The notes under the pieces were generated by a model. That model was given only the letters and a program-made list of their open reading frames with translations. It was not told where the DNA came from and did no database searches. Made by a program: the position numbers and the translations under genes. A stretch of 64,000 bases of DNA, taken from positions 33,461-97,460 of IMG/VR virus record IMGVR_UViG_3300027852_000034; one strand, 5' to 3'. Positions 37,962-48,383 of the stretch are shown one piece after another (the stretch's first letter is position 1; the number at the start of each line of letters is the position of its first letter). Source of the DNA: a virus. Taxonomy: Duplodnaviria; Heunggongvirae; Uroviricota; Caudoviricetes.

Positions 37962-39113
37962 ATGTCTACATTTGTCCAATCCCATGCTTTACCAATACTA
38001 TACGGTTATTCTTCTGATAAAAAAATAAAACATTGGAAAATAAAAGCTACCTGTGAAGATGGTGCAGCTTTATTACACACTGCACACGGTTTTATGAATG
38101 GTGCAGTACAAGAAACCAGCAAAGAGATTAAAGGTAAAAACATAGGTAAAGCTAATGAGACTTCTCCTTTTAGTCAAGCCTGTAAAGAAGCTAAATCAGC
38201 TTGGAAGAAAAAGTTAGATTCCAATTACAGAGAATCTATAGAAGAATTAGAAGACCTACCTCTATTACCTATGCTTGCACATCCTTATGAAAAGCGTAAG
38301 CATGATATCCGATGGCCTTGTTTCGTACAACCTAAACTAAACGGTGTACGATGCCTAGCTACTAAAAAATCTAATGATGTAATTATCTATATTTCTCGTA
38401 CAGGAAAGGTATGGGAAACATTAGATTACATGACACCTTACCTTCTACCCTTAATGGAGATAGGCGAAACACTTGATGGCGAGATATTCAATCCTGATTT
38501 GACCTTTCAAGAGATCACTAAACGTGTAAAAAGGGTTAAAACCTCACGCTTCAATATCAGCCATGACCCTCTTGAATACCATATCTTCGACATTGTTAAC
38601 GAACATAGAACCTTTGAAGATAGATTCGGTTCTTTTGTTTTACGTTACACCGTGTACTGTAAAGATTCAATGGTAGCTACTGATAAAGTAAATCCTATTG
38701 TCATAGTACCTACAGTTGAGGTAGGTGATGAAGATCAAATGCTCAAACTTCATAAAAACTGGACAAGAGATGGCTATGAAGGTACAATTCTTCGTAATCA
38801 TAAGGGTATGTATGTAACTGATAACAGGTCTAAAAATTTACAGAAGCATAAGGATTTCATGGATGAAGAATTTAAAGTTGTAGGTGGACATGAAGGTATA
38901 GGGCATGATAAAGGTACTGTTATCTTTACGTGTGTAACTAAAGATGGTCAAAACTTTAATGTCCGTCCTAAAGGTACCCGTGCTGATAGAGCTAATTGGT
39001 GGAACAATCTAGATAGATTTGTAGGTTCACTGCTTACTGTCAAATTCCAAAATTACAGTGACGATGGAATACCTATCTTTCCTGTAGGTTTAGGACTACG
39101 TAATTATGAGTAG
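37962..39113 (+). CDS. ATP-dependent DNA ligase (nucleotidyltransferase, atypical KLNGVR motif I)
   Basis: Motif I KLNGVR, motif III DGEIF, motif IV EGTILRN, motif V KHKDF...K; 383 aa. Confidence 0.65.
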   Translation: MSTFVQSHALPILYGYSSDKKIKHWKIKATCEDGAALLHTAHGFMNGAVQETSKEIKGKNIGKANETSPFSQACKEAKSAWKKKLDSNYRESIEELEDLPLLPMLAHPYEKRKHDIRWPCFVQPKLNGVRCLATKKSNDVIIYISRTGKVWETLDYMTPYLLPLMEIGETLDGEIFNPDLTFQEITKRVKRVKTSRFNISHDPLEYHIFDIVNEHRTFEDRFGSFVLRYTVYCKDSMVATDKVNPIVIVPTVEVGDEDQMLKLHKNWTRDGYEGTILRNHKGMYVTDNRSKNLQKHKDFMDEEFKVVGGHEGIGHDKGTVIFTCVTKDGQNFNVRPKGTRADRANWWNNLDRFVGSLLTVKFQNYSDDGIPIFPVGLGLRNYE

Positions 39114-39438
39114 GCCCTGTAAAAGGCCACCTAAACAGACTCTAATTAAACAACTATTAGAAAAGGAATATACACAAGTAGCCGCTATTTACGGTGTACG
39201 TGTAGATACTCTGTTTAAATGGAAAAGGTATTACCACATACCTGGGTTCTTTAAAAATTCAGGTTCTAGACACCATTCTGCAAAACTTACCGAACATGAT
39301 GTGAGACTTATCCGTAAATTGCATAAAGAAGGTGTAACAAGTGAAGAACTAGCTAAAAAATTTAAAGTAGCAAGTTGTACAATTTCAGGTATAACTTTAT
39401 ATTACACTTGGAAAAACGTAAGAGGAATCACTACATGA
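39106..39438 (+). CDS. HTH DNA-binding protein
   Basis: ORF 110 aa; VAAIYGVRVDTLFKWKRYY helix-turn-helix-like. Confidence 0.45.
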   Translation: MSRPCKRPPKQTLIKQLLEKEYTQVAAIYGVRVDTLFKWKRYYHIPGFFKNSGSRHHSAKLTEHDVRLIRKLHKEGVTSEELAKKFKVASCTISGITLYYTWKNVRGITT

Positions 39439-39746
39439 ATCTTTCATTTCAACCCATGCAATTAATTGTACTGGTGGCACTTTTGTTCCTGATCATAGGA
39501 ACGTGGAAATCCAAAAACATATATATTAGAGTGTTCTTTATAGCAGTCTTTTTGATTGCTTTTCTAGTCAACCCTTTTCGTATGAAACAAGAAGGAGGTG
39601 CAAGTTTAGAAACTACTGTAGATAGATTTTCGGAAGTACCTGAAAAAGTGATAGTAACAGAAACACCATTTGAAGAGCATCAACAACAAAAGATGCGTAA
39701 TCTTAAACAAGACTCCTTGAGGATGAAAGATGATATACATGATTAG
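39435..39746 (+). CDS. membrane protein
   Basis: ORF track 39375..39746 trimmed to MNLSFQPMQ; two TM helices. Confidence 0.45.
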   Translation: MNLSFQPMQLIVLVALLFLIIGTWKSKNIYIRVFFIAVFLIAFLVNPFRMKQEGGASLETTVDRFSEVPEKVIVTETPFEEHQQQKMRNLKQDSLRMKDDIHD

Positions 39747-40608
39747 AAATTTAATAGTATTGGGACTGATACTTATGGTAACAGGCTGTGGATTTTACAC
39801 AGTCCCGCCTACAACCAAAGGAAAAATTCTTACAACAGCAGGCTATGGAAAAGAAGTGTTAGAACCGGGGAAGTACACTTTATGGGGCCGGGACGACATG
39901 ATCTTGCTTCAGACAAACACCAAAACTTATAAAGAAGCAGTGCAAATTATACTGGCTGATAAGTTAACCTTAGGTGCTGAAATTAGATTTAGAGGTCGTA
40001 TTGCAGGTAACGAAAAGGTTATCAATTCTATGTTCAACGACATCAGCGCAGGTGAAGATAAAGTTGTTTCCTTTAATGAGGTCTATGCAGTTTATGGACG
40101 AATGGCTGTAAGAAACAAAACCAGAGAAATTATCAGCCAGTATAATGTTGAAGATGTTCATAAAAACTATGGTCGATTATCTAAAGAAATTGCAAAGGTA
40201 CTGGAAGAATCCTTGAAAGGAACACCTCTAGAAATATCAGATATAGCCCTAGGCAATATTGCATATCCTCCTGTAGTAACCAAAGCTATTGATGATGCTA
40301 AGAAAAGGAGAATGCAGATAGACAAGGAAAAAGCTACTGCTAAGATTGATCTGCTGAAGAAAGAAAATGAACGCTTATTGGAAGAGGCTAACTATCAGAT
40401 CAGGATAACCAAAGCTAAGGCTATTAGGGACTCTAACAAGATCATAGGTGAAGGTATCACTCCTGCATTACTGAAATTAAGAGCCTTAGAAGTACAAGAG
40501 GCTATGGCTAGTAATAAATCAGCAGTGTTTATGCCGTATGAAGCCTTGACCAGTACTGGAGCACAGATACGTATGTTCCAGGCAAATCAATCAAGTCAAG
40601 TCAAGTAG
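39730..40608 (+). CDS. SPFH/band-7 domain lipoprotein
   Basis: Lipobox LMVTGC; prohibitin-like core and coiled-coil tail. Confidence 0.6.
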   Translation: MIYMIRNLIVLGLILMVTGCGFYTVPPTTKGKILTTAGYGKEVLEPGKYTLWGRDDMILLQTNTKTYKEAVQIILADKLTLGAEIRFRGRIAGNEKVINSMFNDISAGEDKVVSFNEVYAVYGRMAVRNKTREIISQYNVEDVHKNYGRLSKEIAKVLEESLKGTPLEISDIALGNIAYPPVVTKAIDDAKKRRMQIDKEKATAKIDLLKKENERLLEEANYQIRITKAKAIRDSNKIIGEGITPALLKLRALEVQEAMASNKSAVFMPYEALTSTGAQIRMFQANQSSQVK

Positions 40609-40624
40609 ACTACAATTAAGTAAA

Positions 40625-40651
40625 GGGGTGCGTTTTCGCACCCTTTTATTT
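40625..40651 (+). terminator. rho-independent terminator
   Basis: GGGGTGCG-TTTT-CGCACCC + TTTTATTT. Confidence 0.7.
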
Positions 40652-40662
40652 AGGAGATTCTC

Positions 40663-40959
40663 ATGAACAAAAAACTTACTATTATGATTACCATTACATT
40701 TCTTGTCCTTGCATTTGCTATAACCGGACACGCAGGTATGTGGGAAAAATATACAACTTTAGGTAAGAAAAAAATAAAACCTAATGCTCAATATAAGTTA
40801 GCTACATCAGGATGGTCTGTTCGTGTGTACGAATGGACACCTGCTTATAATCCTAATTGGAGGTGTCTATTTGTAGGAGGTACACAAAAAGGCGGAGGAG
40901 GTTGTTACCCCGTACAACAGAAATTAAAAATAAAATATTCAAAGGATACTGAAGAGTAA
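40663..40959 (+). CDS. secreted small protein
   Basis: ORF 98 aa; signal peptide MNKKLTIMITITFLVLAFAITGHA. Confidence 0.5.
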   Translation: MNKKLTIMITITFLVLAFAITGHAGMWEKYTTLGKKKIKPNAQYKLATSGWSVRVYEWTPAYNPNWRCLFVGGTQKGGGGCYPVQQKLKIKYSKDTEE

Positions 40960-40973
40960 TGGTATAAGTACAC

Positions 40974-41231
40974 ATGACAGAGAACGAATGGCAAGCAATT
41001 ATTAAAAGGGTACAGATCAGCTGGCGTAAGCGTTGGTTACCAGGCTGGAAAAAAAGATCTACTGTTTTCAATCTCGGGTGTATCTCAACCAAATGCTTAC
41101 AATGGAAAAACAAATCTTGTATACATGCTTTATTGATATCCCCTTCTGATATAGAATCAGTCTCCCAAGTTGAGATCGTTTCAATTTGCAAAGACTTTAA
41201 ATCTATATCAGAAGGAGAGAACGTTGTTTGA
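40974..41231 (+). CDS. hypothetical protein
   Basis: ORF 85 aa. Confidence 0.4.
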   Translation: MTENEWQAIIKRVQISWRKRWLPGWKKRSTVFNLGCISTKCLQWKNKSCIHALLISPSDIESVSQVEIVSICKDFKSISEGENVV

Positions 41232-41409
41232 TTCACCCAGTTTCCATGCTTTATACGATGAAGAACAAAGAAAGTATGTATGCCATATTTATGGTGATTT
41301 TTGTATTACAAAAGGAGAACGTCCGTTGATGCACACTACAGCCGGACCTTCTATTAAATTGGCTTTACACAATGCAAAGTCATGGGCAGCTAAAAGAGTA
41401 CGTAAATAA
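41170..41409 (+). CDS. hypothetical protein (start uncertain)
   Basis: ORF 79 aa overlapping previous. Confidence 0.3.
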   Translation: MRSFQFAKTLNLYQKERTLFDSPSFHALYDEEQRKYVCHIYGDFCITKGERPLMHTTAGPSIKLALHNAKSWAAKRVRK

Positions 41410-42981
41410 ATGTATGAACAGTTAAAACCCAAAAATCATAATGTAAAAGAGCCTGTACATTTCAAAGATTTTAGAATTGCTTTAGATAGTGGAGCGCACA
41501 CTCTCTATACCCAAATCTTTGTAGGTGTAGATAACGCCAAGGGTAAGCAAATGAAAAAGCTTTCCCAAGCAGACTACTCTTATATGGAAAGCGATGGATT
41601 CAAATCTTATTTAGAGGATTACATCCAATTCTTACTTGAACATGGTGATAAATATGATTTCTATGTAACACTGGATATTATCGGTGATGCAGAAAAATCC
41701 TGGGAAGTAACCGAATACATAGAGTCCTTTGGTCTTAAACCTCTTCCTGTGTATCACTGGGGAGAGACAACCTATTGGCTAGAAAAAATGGTCGAAAAAT
41801 ATGACTACGTAGGGATAGGTGGTCTAGGTCAAGAAGTCTCGAAAGAAAAATTCATCCCGTTCGCTGATAACGCTTTCAAGGTTGTGTGTGATAAATACGG
41901 ACATCCGAAAGTAAAGACCCACGGATTTGCTGTAGCCAGTCCTGAACTAATTGCCAAGTACCCCTGGCATACGTGTGATGCCAGCACATGGACTGCGCTA
42001 TCACGTAATGGTACTGTGTACATACCCAAGCCTATTATGAAAGGAAAGGAAGTAATTGATTTTAATTACCTTACTCCTCCTATGTCACTCCCTGTAACAG
42101 TTAGACGCTCCAATCATACCAATCACATGGATCATAAATCTCCTTTGTACTCTGATCTATTAGAAAAATACTTTGGTCAATACGGCTATACTTTTGAGGA
42201 TGTCAAACGTAGATATGACGCTAGGGATGTACTGAACATTAAATTCTTTAAACAGATGGAAGCTGCTGCAAAAGAAGTCCTTGAAAAAAATAACGGATAC
42301 GGAGAAGGTGCAAACATTATTCTTGCCGGAACTCCTAGTGGTGCTTCTACTAATCTATCACGTTTCGTAGATCTCTTAGGTGAAATAAATGAACCTGAAA
42401 CCTATTGGTTCGGAAGTTATTACTACAAACGACACAACCAGAATCTAATGGATTTACAAGAGAAGCATCTTGCAGGTGAAGATGCACGATTACTACAACT
42501 GCTTCCTAGACGCAGACGAAATGTTACGGTGATTGAGCCTACAGAACTTGTACATGATGAATTCCCTTTTACTAGGAAGGTTCCTGAGCAAAGTAAAGTT
42601 GCAGTTACAGGATCACCTACTTCTAAAATAACAGACAGGGAAGTACCTACCGATAAACCGATACAACGGAGAAAGTTATCTGTAAAACCAAGATCCCTTA
42701 CAAATCATGACTCTGACACATCAGCATGGCCGGATGCTTTAGAAGAACCAAAAAAGAACAAGCACATAACTGAGGCTGCTAAGACTGTAAACACTTTGAG
42801 GGAAGCCTTAAGTATCTCAAGTTTCGGTGCTGCGCATTTAACAGATGAGCAAATTGAAATAGAGGTACAACGTAGTATGATTAAGATTATTAATTCAATT
42901 AAATATATGGTATGCAAAAATACTAAAGCTTTTGCTACTACTGAAGTATCCATCAACGTAAATGGGAAGATCTATGAATAA
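41410..42981 (+). CDS. dpdA: DpdA-like DNA-guanine transglycosylase (TGT family)
   Basis: 523 aa; N-terminal region with TGT/DpdA-like pattern (DSGAHTLYTQIF..., FYVTLDIIGD, YVGIGGLGQ); co-located with folE/queD-like/queE. Confidence 0.6.
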   Translation: MYEQLKPKNHNVKEPVHFKDFRIALDSGAHTLYTQIFVGVDNAKGKQMKKLSQADYSYMESDGFKSYLEDYIQFLLEHGDKYDFYVTLDIIGDAEKSWEVTEYIESFGLKPLPVYHWGETTYWLEKMVEKYDYVGIGGLGQEVSKEKFIPFADNAFKVVCDKYGHPKVKTHGFAVASPELIAKYPWHTCDASTWTALSRNGTVYIPKPIMKGKEVIDFNYLTPPMSLPVTVRRSNHTNHMDHKSPLYSDLLEKYFGQYGYTFEDVKRRYDARDVLNIKFFKQMEAAAKEVLEKNNGYGEGANIILAGTPSGASTNLSRFVDLLGEINEPETYWFGSYYYKRHNQNLMDLQEKHLAGEDARLLQLLPRRRRNVTVIEPTELVHDEFPFTRKVPEQSKVAVTGSPTSKITDREVPTDKPIQRRKLSVKPRSLTNHDSDTSAWPDALEEPKKNKHITEAAKTVNTLREALSISSFGAAHLTDEQIEIEVQRSMIKIINSIKYMVCKNTKAFATTEVSINVNGKIYE

Positions 42982-44056
42982 AAAAGACCTAAGTGTTAAG
43001 CTGAATCATGCAAAGCCTTTCTTAATAAGTCAGGACTTTATTCCTATTCTGACCCATTTCTGTTTTGACAATGATAGTGTTGTGGCTTACAACGATATTG
43101 CAGGCATCTCTATATCTATGGAGAGTGAATTGAATTGCGCCGTACCTGGTAGCTTGCTATTAAAAATGCTAGGTACAATGACAGCAGAAACCGTAAGAGT
43201 CGAAATGCCTAATGATAGAAACATCAATCTATTATCAGGTAAAACAAAATTACGATTACCTATATTGTCACCTGAAGAATTTGTTTTCGACATACCGAAT
43301 ACTGATGATCTTAAGTCTATTCAGATACCAAAAGAATTTCTTGTAGGTTTGAAAAAATGCTTGACATCAGTAGGCATTGATCCATCTCATCCTGAACAAA
43401 CTGGTATTACTTGGTCATTAGAAAAAGATAGAATGACCATATTCTCTACTGATAATAAATCTATCTCTATGTTCTTTTCTGAAGTAGAGGTTGATGTAGA
43501 AGAAACAACCAAAATAATTACACCTGCATTTTTCTGTAATCAAGTAATTGAACTTTCAGAATACTATGCAGAAAATATGGATAGCATCACACTCCATTTT
43601 GATGAATCTGTAGTAGTTGCTGAATTAGGCGAAAACAGTTCCTGTAAAATCTTTTCTAGATTAATCAATGCTTCAAATCTAATGGATTACAATGTAATTA
43701 TAGGTAATATGATTGAAGGTATTGAAGATACCGATTTTGTAGAAGCTCCAGAAGATTTAGACTCTACATTAGAACGTGCTTCGGTGCTGTTAACTACAGG
43801 TGATATCACTACTTCTGAAGTTACCATCAATAATACAGAAGCAGTATTCAATACAGAAAGTCCTTTTGGTAAAGCTATAGATACCGTAGGATTTTCTAAT
43901 GACTTAGGTTCTTTTAGATTCGAAGTTGATCCTGCTTTGATTCAGCGCGGTTTTAAAGTAGCTGACAGTATTGCTATTGTATCGAAGTTGATTGTCATGA
44001 AAGATGCTGACAGTACATTTATCCAATTAATCAGTCACTCAAACACCGGAGTTTAG
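42962..44056 (+). CDS. DNA polymerase sliding clamp (DnaN-like beta clamp)
   Basis: 364 aa; N-terminus aligns with E. coli DnaN (LLKPLQQVSGPLGGRPTLPILGN... vs LNHAKPFLISQDFIPILTHF...); directly upstream of the polymerase. Confidence 0.55.
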   Translation: MGRSMNKKDLSVKLNHAKPFLISQDFIPILTHFCFDNDSVVAYNDIAGISISMESELNCAVPGSLLLKMLGTMTAETVRVEMPNDRNINLLSGKTKLRLPILSPEEFVFDIPNTDDLKSIQIPKEFLVGLKKCLTSVGIDPSHPEQTGITWSLEKDRMTIFSTDNKSISMFFSEVEVDVEETTKIITPAFFCNQVIELSEYYAENMDSITLHFDESVVVAELGENSSCKIFSRLINASNLMDYNVIIGNMIEGIEDTDFVEAPEDLDSTLERASVLLTTGDITTSEVTINNTEAVFNTESPFGKAIDTVGFSNDLGSFRFEVDPALIQRGFKVADSIAIVSKLIVMKDADSTFIQLISHSNTGV

Positions 44057-44057
44057 T

Positions 44058-46634
44058 ATGGGGTTCTTCTTCCCTGATTCAGGTGGAACAAACAAAAGAT
44101 CCAACAAAAAAATTCCACTGCACACTGCAAAGGAACTTGGATGTAAAGTTTGTCCTAGAGCTAAACTTAAAGGATTTACTCCAAAGATGGAACCACAAGG
44201 AAGTGACAAACCTGTAATCTATATACTTAGAGGTGCTCTAAGTAAAGAGGAAGATAAATTTGGAGATCATTTAAGTGATCCTGGGGGAGAATTCTTATTA
44301 CAACAGTACGGACCTAATTGGGATGAACTAATCCGCTACAACAACACAGTGCGTTGCCACTCTTCAAAACCCCCTGATGAAATAGAAATAGAGTGTTGTA
44401 AAGGATATTTGGAAAAGGACATTGAAGATACTAAACCTGAAGTAATAATAGGTGCAGGACAACTTCCTCTTTCATGGCAATTCCAAACTGGTAATGTAGC
44501 AAAATGGAGGCGTAGATTAGTCCCTGTAAAAATAGGGACACATGTATGTTGGTACTACCCAATATATGATCCTGAATTTGTGTTGGAAAAAAGGCGCTTC
44601 AATAAAAAAACAAATAAGAAAGATATCAAAACAGAGTATGACCATATCTTCGAAAAGGATATGGAACACATTCTACATCTAATTGAAAATGATCTATTAC
44701 CTGAACCTAAAATCTATGACAACTACATGGAAGGTATTGTATGGACTGAGGGTAATAAATCTGATAAAGAATTAAATAAAGTACTAGATTGGTTAAAAGA
44801 ATTTACTAATTTAGAAGAACCTCATGCAGTTGATATTGAAACAAATGGATTACGTCCTTACATTGAGGACGCTAAAATCATAACAATATCTATAGGTACC
44901 TATGATCGAACAGTTGCATTTCCAGTTCACTATCCAGGTGCTTGGACACCGCAACAACTAAAAATAATTGATGCAGCAATAAAAGAATACTTAGTTAAAT
45001 CTGCTACCAAAATAGCGCACAACACCAAGTTCGAATTAGAGTGGCTAGCCTTTGAAAATTTTTATGGTGAAGATGTACTAACACAAACTAATTGGGGGGA
45101 TACCCAAGGACAAGCCTATGTTCTTGATGAACGTAGAGGCATGATGAGTCTGGATATACTTGTAAGACTATACTTCGGTTTTAACTTAAAAGAACTTTCT
45201 AATATAGATACTTCAAGAATAATAGACTATCCGTTATCCAAGGTATTACCTTATAACGGTCTTGATACTAAATGGACACACAAGCTGTACTTAGAACAAC
45301 ACAAAAAATTAAAGAAAGTACCTTCATTATTACAAGTGTACTATGAACTATGCAAAGCTATACCGACATTAACAAAATGTCAGCAAATAGGTATACCTAT
45401 AGATTATGAATTACGTGATGAGGTTGAAAAAGAACTTACAAAAGAAATAAAGGGTATTGAAAAAGAATTAAAAGAATCTTCTGAAGTAATAGATTATGAA
45501 TCTCGGTATGGTCCATACAACCCTGAATCACCTCACAACCTCATGCGTCTACTGAAAGAAGTTTGTGGATTAGACGATGAATTACGCACAAAAGAGGGCG
45601 GTTATACTACAGGAGAAGATGTACTATCAAAACTAAAAGATGTTCCTATAGCCCCCCTTACACTGCGTTACAGAGCACTTCAAAAGAAAATGGGGACCTA
45701 CATCACACCTCTTATAAAGCATTGTTATCATTCAGATGGAAGATTACATACTAACTTTAATCTATATGAAACTGCAACTGGTCGTCTTTCTTCTAATAAC
45801 CCCAACATGCAAAACTGGCCTAATAGAAAAGGCAAAGAAATTAGAAGGCTAATCGTACCACCAAAAAATCATTGGATTGTATCTGCTGACTACGGACAGA
45901 TCGAAGCACGTATCATTGGTGTAGCTTCTCAGGATAATAATTTCTGTGATGCCTTATGGCATGACCTAGATGTGCATATGGATTGGGCTATTAAAATTGC
46001 AGAAGAGTATCCGCAAGTAGTTGGTGGAGTACGCAACATTGATAATCTAGACAAAATGAAGAAGTTCAGAAAGGATGTAAAGAATCAATGGACCTTCCCT
46101 GCATTTTATGGAGCTTCACCTTATTCGATTGCTAGAGCACTAGGTGTACCTACTGACATTGTCCTAGACCTATTTAAAGAATTTTGGAACACTTTTAGAG
46201 GTGTGAAGAAATGGCAAGACTGGGTTCAGAATTTTTATCAAAAACATGGATACGTAGAAACATTAACAGGTCGAAGAAGATATGGACCTCTTGCAATGAA
46301 CAAAATTATCAATACACCTATTCAAGGAACGGCCTCTGATATATGTGTAAATGCTATGAATAGACTTACAAATGAAGGGATTCAAGTTGTGATGAATATT
46401 CACGATGATGTAACCAGTTTCGTACCTGATGATGAATTAGAAGATCAGATAGAATTTATTGCTCAAGAAATGTGTTGTGTACCTTATAAATGGATTAACG
46501 TACCTATTGCTATTGAAGTGGCAGTTGGTGAAAATTGGTGTGACCAAGAAGAGGTTGGTACTTTTACTTCTACAGAATTTATGAAGGTAGAAAAAGGATT
46601 ACGACCTATTGAAGCTTATACGGAGTTACAGTAA
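44058..46634 (+). CDS. DNA polymerase I (family A) with 3'-5' exonuclease
   Basis: Exo I DIETNGL; pol motif A DYGQIEARI; motif B K...FPAFYG; motif C IHDDV; 858 aa. Confidence 0.9.
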   Translation: MGFFFPDSGGTNKRSNKKIPLHTAKELGCKVCPRAKLKGFTPKMEPQGSDKPVIYILRGALSKEEDKFGDHLSDPGGEFLLQQYGPNWDELIRYNNTVRCHSSKPPDEIEIECCKGYLEKDIEDTKPEVIIGAGQLPLSWQFQTGNVAKWRRRLVPVKIGTHVCWYYPIYDPEFVLEKRRFNKKTNKKDIKTEYDHIFEKDMEHILHLIENDLLPEPKIYDNYMEGIVWTEGNKSDKELNKVLDWLKEFTNLEEPHAVDIETNGLRPYIEDAKIITISIGTYDRTVAFPVHYPGAWTPQQLKIIDAAIKEYLVKSATKIAHNTKFELEWLAFENFYGEDVLTQTNWGDTQGQAYVLDERRGMMSLDILVRLYFGFNLKELSNIDTSRIIDYPLSKVLPYNGLDTKWTHKLYLEQHKKLKKVPSLLQVYYELCKAIPTLTKCQQIGIPIDYELRDEVEKELTKEIKGIEKELKESSEVIDYESRYGPYNPESPHNLMRLLKEVCGLDDELRTKEGGYTTGEDVLSKLKDVPIAPLTLRYRALQKKMGTYITPLIKHCYHSDGRLHTNFNLYETATGRLSSNNPNMQNWPNRKGKEIRRLIVPPKNHWIVSADYGQIEARIIGVASQDNNFCDALWHDLDVHMDWAIKIAEEYPQVVGGVRNIDNLDKMKKFRKDVKNQWTFPAFYGASPYSIARALGVPTDIVLDLFKEFWNTFRGVKKWQDWVQNFYQKHGYVETLTGRRRYGPLAMNKIINTPIQGTASDICVNAMNRLTNEGIQVVMNIHDDVTSFVPDDELEDQIEFIAQEMCCVPYKWINVPIAIEVAVGENWCDQEEVGTFTSTEFMKVEKGLRPIEAYTELQ

Positions 46635-46933
46635 TGCCTTTATGTGAATGGCGAAGCAACCCTCCAGCTTTTCCAAAAAGCAGTTCTAAAATCTGTGAAA
46701 TTTTACCTGATCTATGTAAAGCAACAGATAAAAAATGGTTTGTAGATGAACATATGATAGAACCTGCTAAATTAGGATTCTTTAGAAAAAAAGAACCTGT
46801 GTATGTTTATGATTTATTACTTGAAATATATGAAGGATTTGAATACCAAATTATAAATGGAGTAAGTACAGAACGTGAAGTACTTGCTTTCGCGTACGGT
46901 GCTATAGGTACTAAATTAAACAAGGTTACGTAG
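46634..46933 (+). CDS. hypothetical protein
   Basis: ORF 99 aa. Confidence 0.5.
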   Translation: MPLCEWRSNPPAFPKSSSKICEILPDLCKATDKKWFVDEHMIEPAKLGFFRKKEPVYVYDLLLEIYEGFEYQIINGVSTEREVLAFAYGAIGTKLNKVT

Positions 46934-46934
46934 A

Positions 46935-47363
46935 ATGAAAAAATTAATTTTGTTAGTGTTTTTATTTTTTATTGCAATCCAAGCCCATGGATATGAAGCT
47001 AATGTTATAAGAGTTATAGACGGTGACACCATTGAAGTGTCCGTGCTTGTGTGGCCTGATCTTCATGTTACCACAAGATTGAGATTAAATGGTGTAAACA
47101 CACCTGAAACTCGTACTAGATCAAAATGTGAAAAAGAAGCTGGTTTACGTGCTAAAGAACTTACCACTAAATTTGTGTATCAAAATGAAGGTGAAATAGA
47201 AGTTGCAGAAGTCACTCCTGGTAAATATGCTAGGCGTATTTTAGGACTCCTTTATGTAGATGGTATAAGTCTTTCCCATGTCCTGCTACGTGCAAATTTA
47301 GCAAAACCATATTCTGGTGGTAAACGAGAACCATGGTGTGTTGATTCTGTAGAACCGCAATAA
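46935..47363 (+). CDS. secreted thermonuclease (SNase-like)
   Basis: Signal peptide; VIRVIDGDTIEV...LRLNGVNTPE SNase motifs. Confidence 0.7.
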   Translation: MKKLILLVFLFFIAIQAHGYEANVIRVIDGDTIEVSVLVWPDLHVTTRLRLNGVNTPETRTRSKCEKEAGLRAKELTTKFVYQNEGEIEVAEVTPGKYARRILGLLYVDGISLSHVLLRANLAKPYSGGKREPWCVDSVEPQ

Positions 47364-47382
47364 TTTTAAACATTTAATAAAA

Positions 47383-47405
47383 ATATAGGTATATATAGTT
47401 ACAAG
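47383..47405 (+). promoter_or_regulatory. class-B promoter-like motif
   Basis: ATATAGGTATATATAGTTACAAG upstream of clamp-loader gene. Confidence 0.4.
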
Positions 47406-47438
47406 CTATATTCTCAATCTCCCTTAAGGAAATCAATA

Positions 47439-48383
47439 ATGAATGAAGATCTACATGTTGCCTATAGACCTGAAATATTTGATGAGGTAATTGGACAAGA
47501 CCATATTATTGATTCTTTAAAACACATCCAAGAAAAAAATGTTTGGCCTCATGCTTACCTGTTAGTAGGTCCAAGTGGTTGTGGTAAGACTACTGTAGGT
47601 AGAATCATTGCTAATGAATTAGGATGTGAACCTTCTAGTCTTGTAGAAATTGATGCAGCCTCACATTCTAGTGTAGATGGTGTACGCCAACTTTCTGCTT
47701 CTTTACAATACACAGGCTTTGGTGAAACACCTACAAGAGTAATTATAATTGATGAATGTCATTCACTCTCTAAACAAGCATGGCAAGCATTATTAAAACC
47801 TATTGAAGAACCACCTGCTCATATTTATTTTATCCTGTGTACTACTGAAGAGGATAAAGTACCTGAAACAATCAAAACAAGATGTAGTCAATATAACTTT
47901 AGATCAGTACCTTCCGATATTTTAGCTGAATTAGTGGATGTAATAGCTGAGTTAGAAGAAATCCCTATCACCGAAAAGATGGCTACTCTAATTGCTCAAG
48001 AAGCTGACGGGAGTCCTAGAAAAGCTTTGACTCTGCTTTCCAAGGCTAGAGGTGTAGAAAATATAGAAGATCTTAAAGATATTCTTGAAAGTGCTAGTGA
48101 CAATAAATCTATTATTGAACTGTGTAGGCTGTTGTTAAAAACACCTAATTGGAAACGTGCAATTAGATTGATTAATGATATGGAAGAGTTACCACCAGAA
48201 ACAATAAGGCTTACTATTGTAAGTTACATGTCCAAGGTACTATTAAACACAACTGATGAACGTAAGGCAATTAAAGTTCTTACTGTTTTAGAATCTTTTT
48301 CTGAACCGTTCAATTCTTCAGAGAAAAAAGCACCCTTATTGTTAGCAGTAGGTAATTTATGTTTTGGAGCAGATGATGAATAG
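47439..48383 (+). CDS. clamp loader AAA+ ATPase (DnaX/gp44-like)
   Basis: Walker A GPSGCGKTT; Walker B IIIDECH; SRC-like TRC; 314 aa. Confidence 0.75.
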   Translation: MNEDLHVAYRPEIFDEVIGQDHIIDSLKHIQEKNVWPHAYLLVGPSGCGKTTVGRIIANELGCEPSSLVEIDAASHSSVDGVRQLSASLQYTGFGETPTRVIIIDECHSLSKQAWQALLKPIEEPPAHIYFILCTTEEDKVPETIKTRCSQYNFRSVPSDILAELVDVIAELEEIPITEKMATLIAQEADGSPRKALTLLSKARGVENIEDLKDILESASDNKSIIELCRLLLKTPNWKRAIRLINDMEELPPETIRLTIVSYMSKVLLNTTDERKAIKVLTVLESFSEPFNSSEKKAPLLLAVGNLCFGADDE

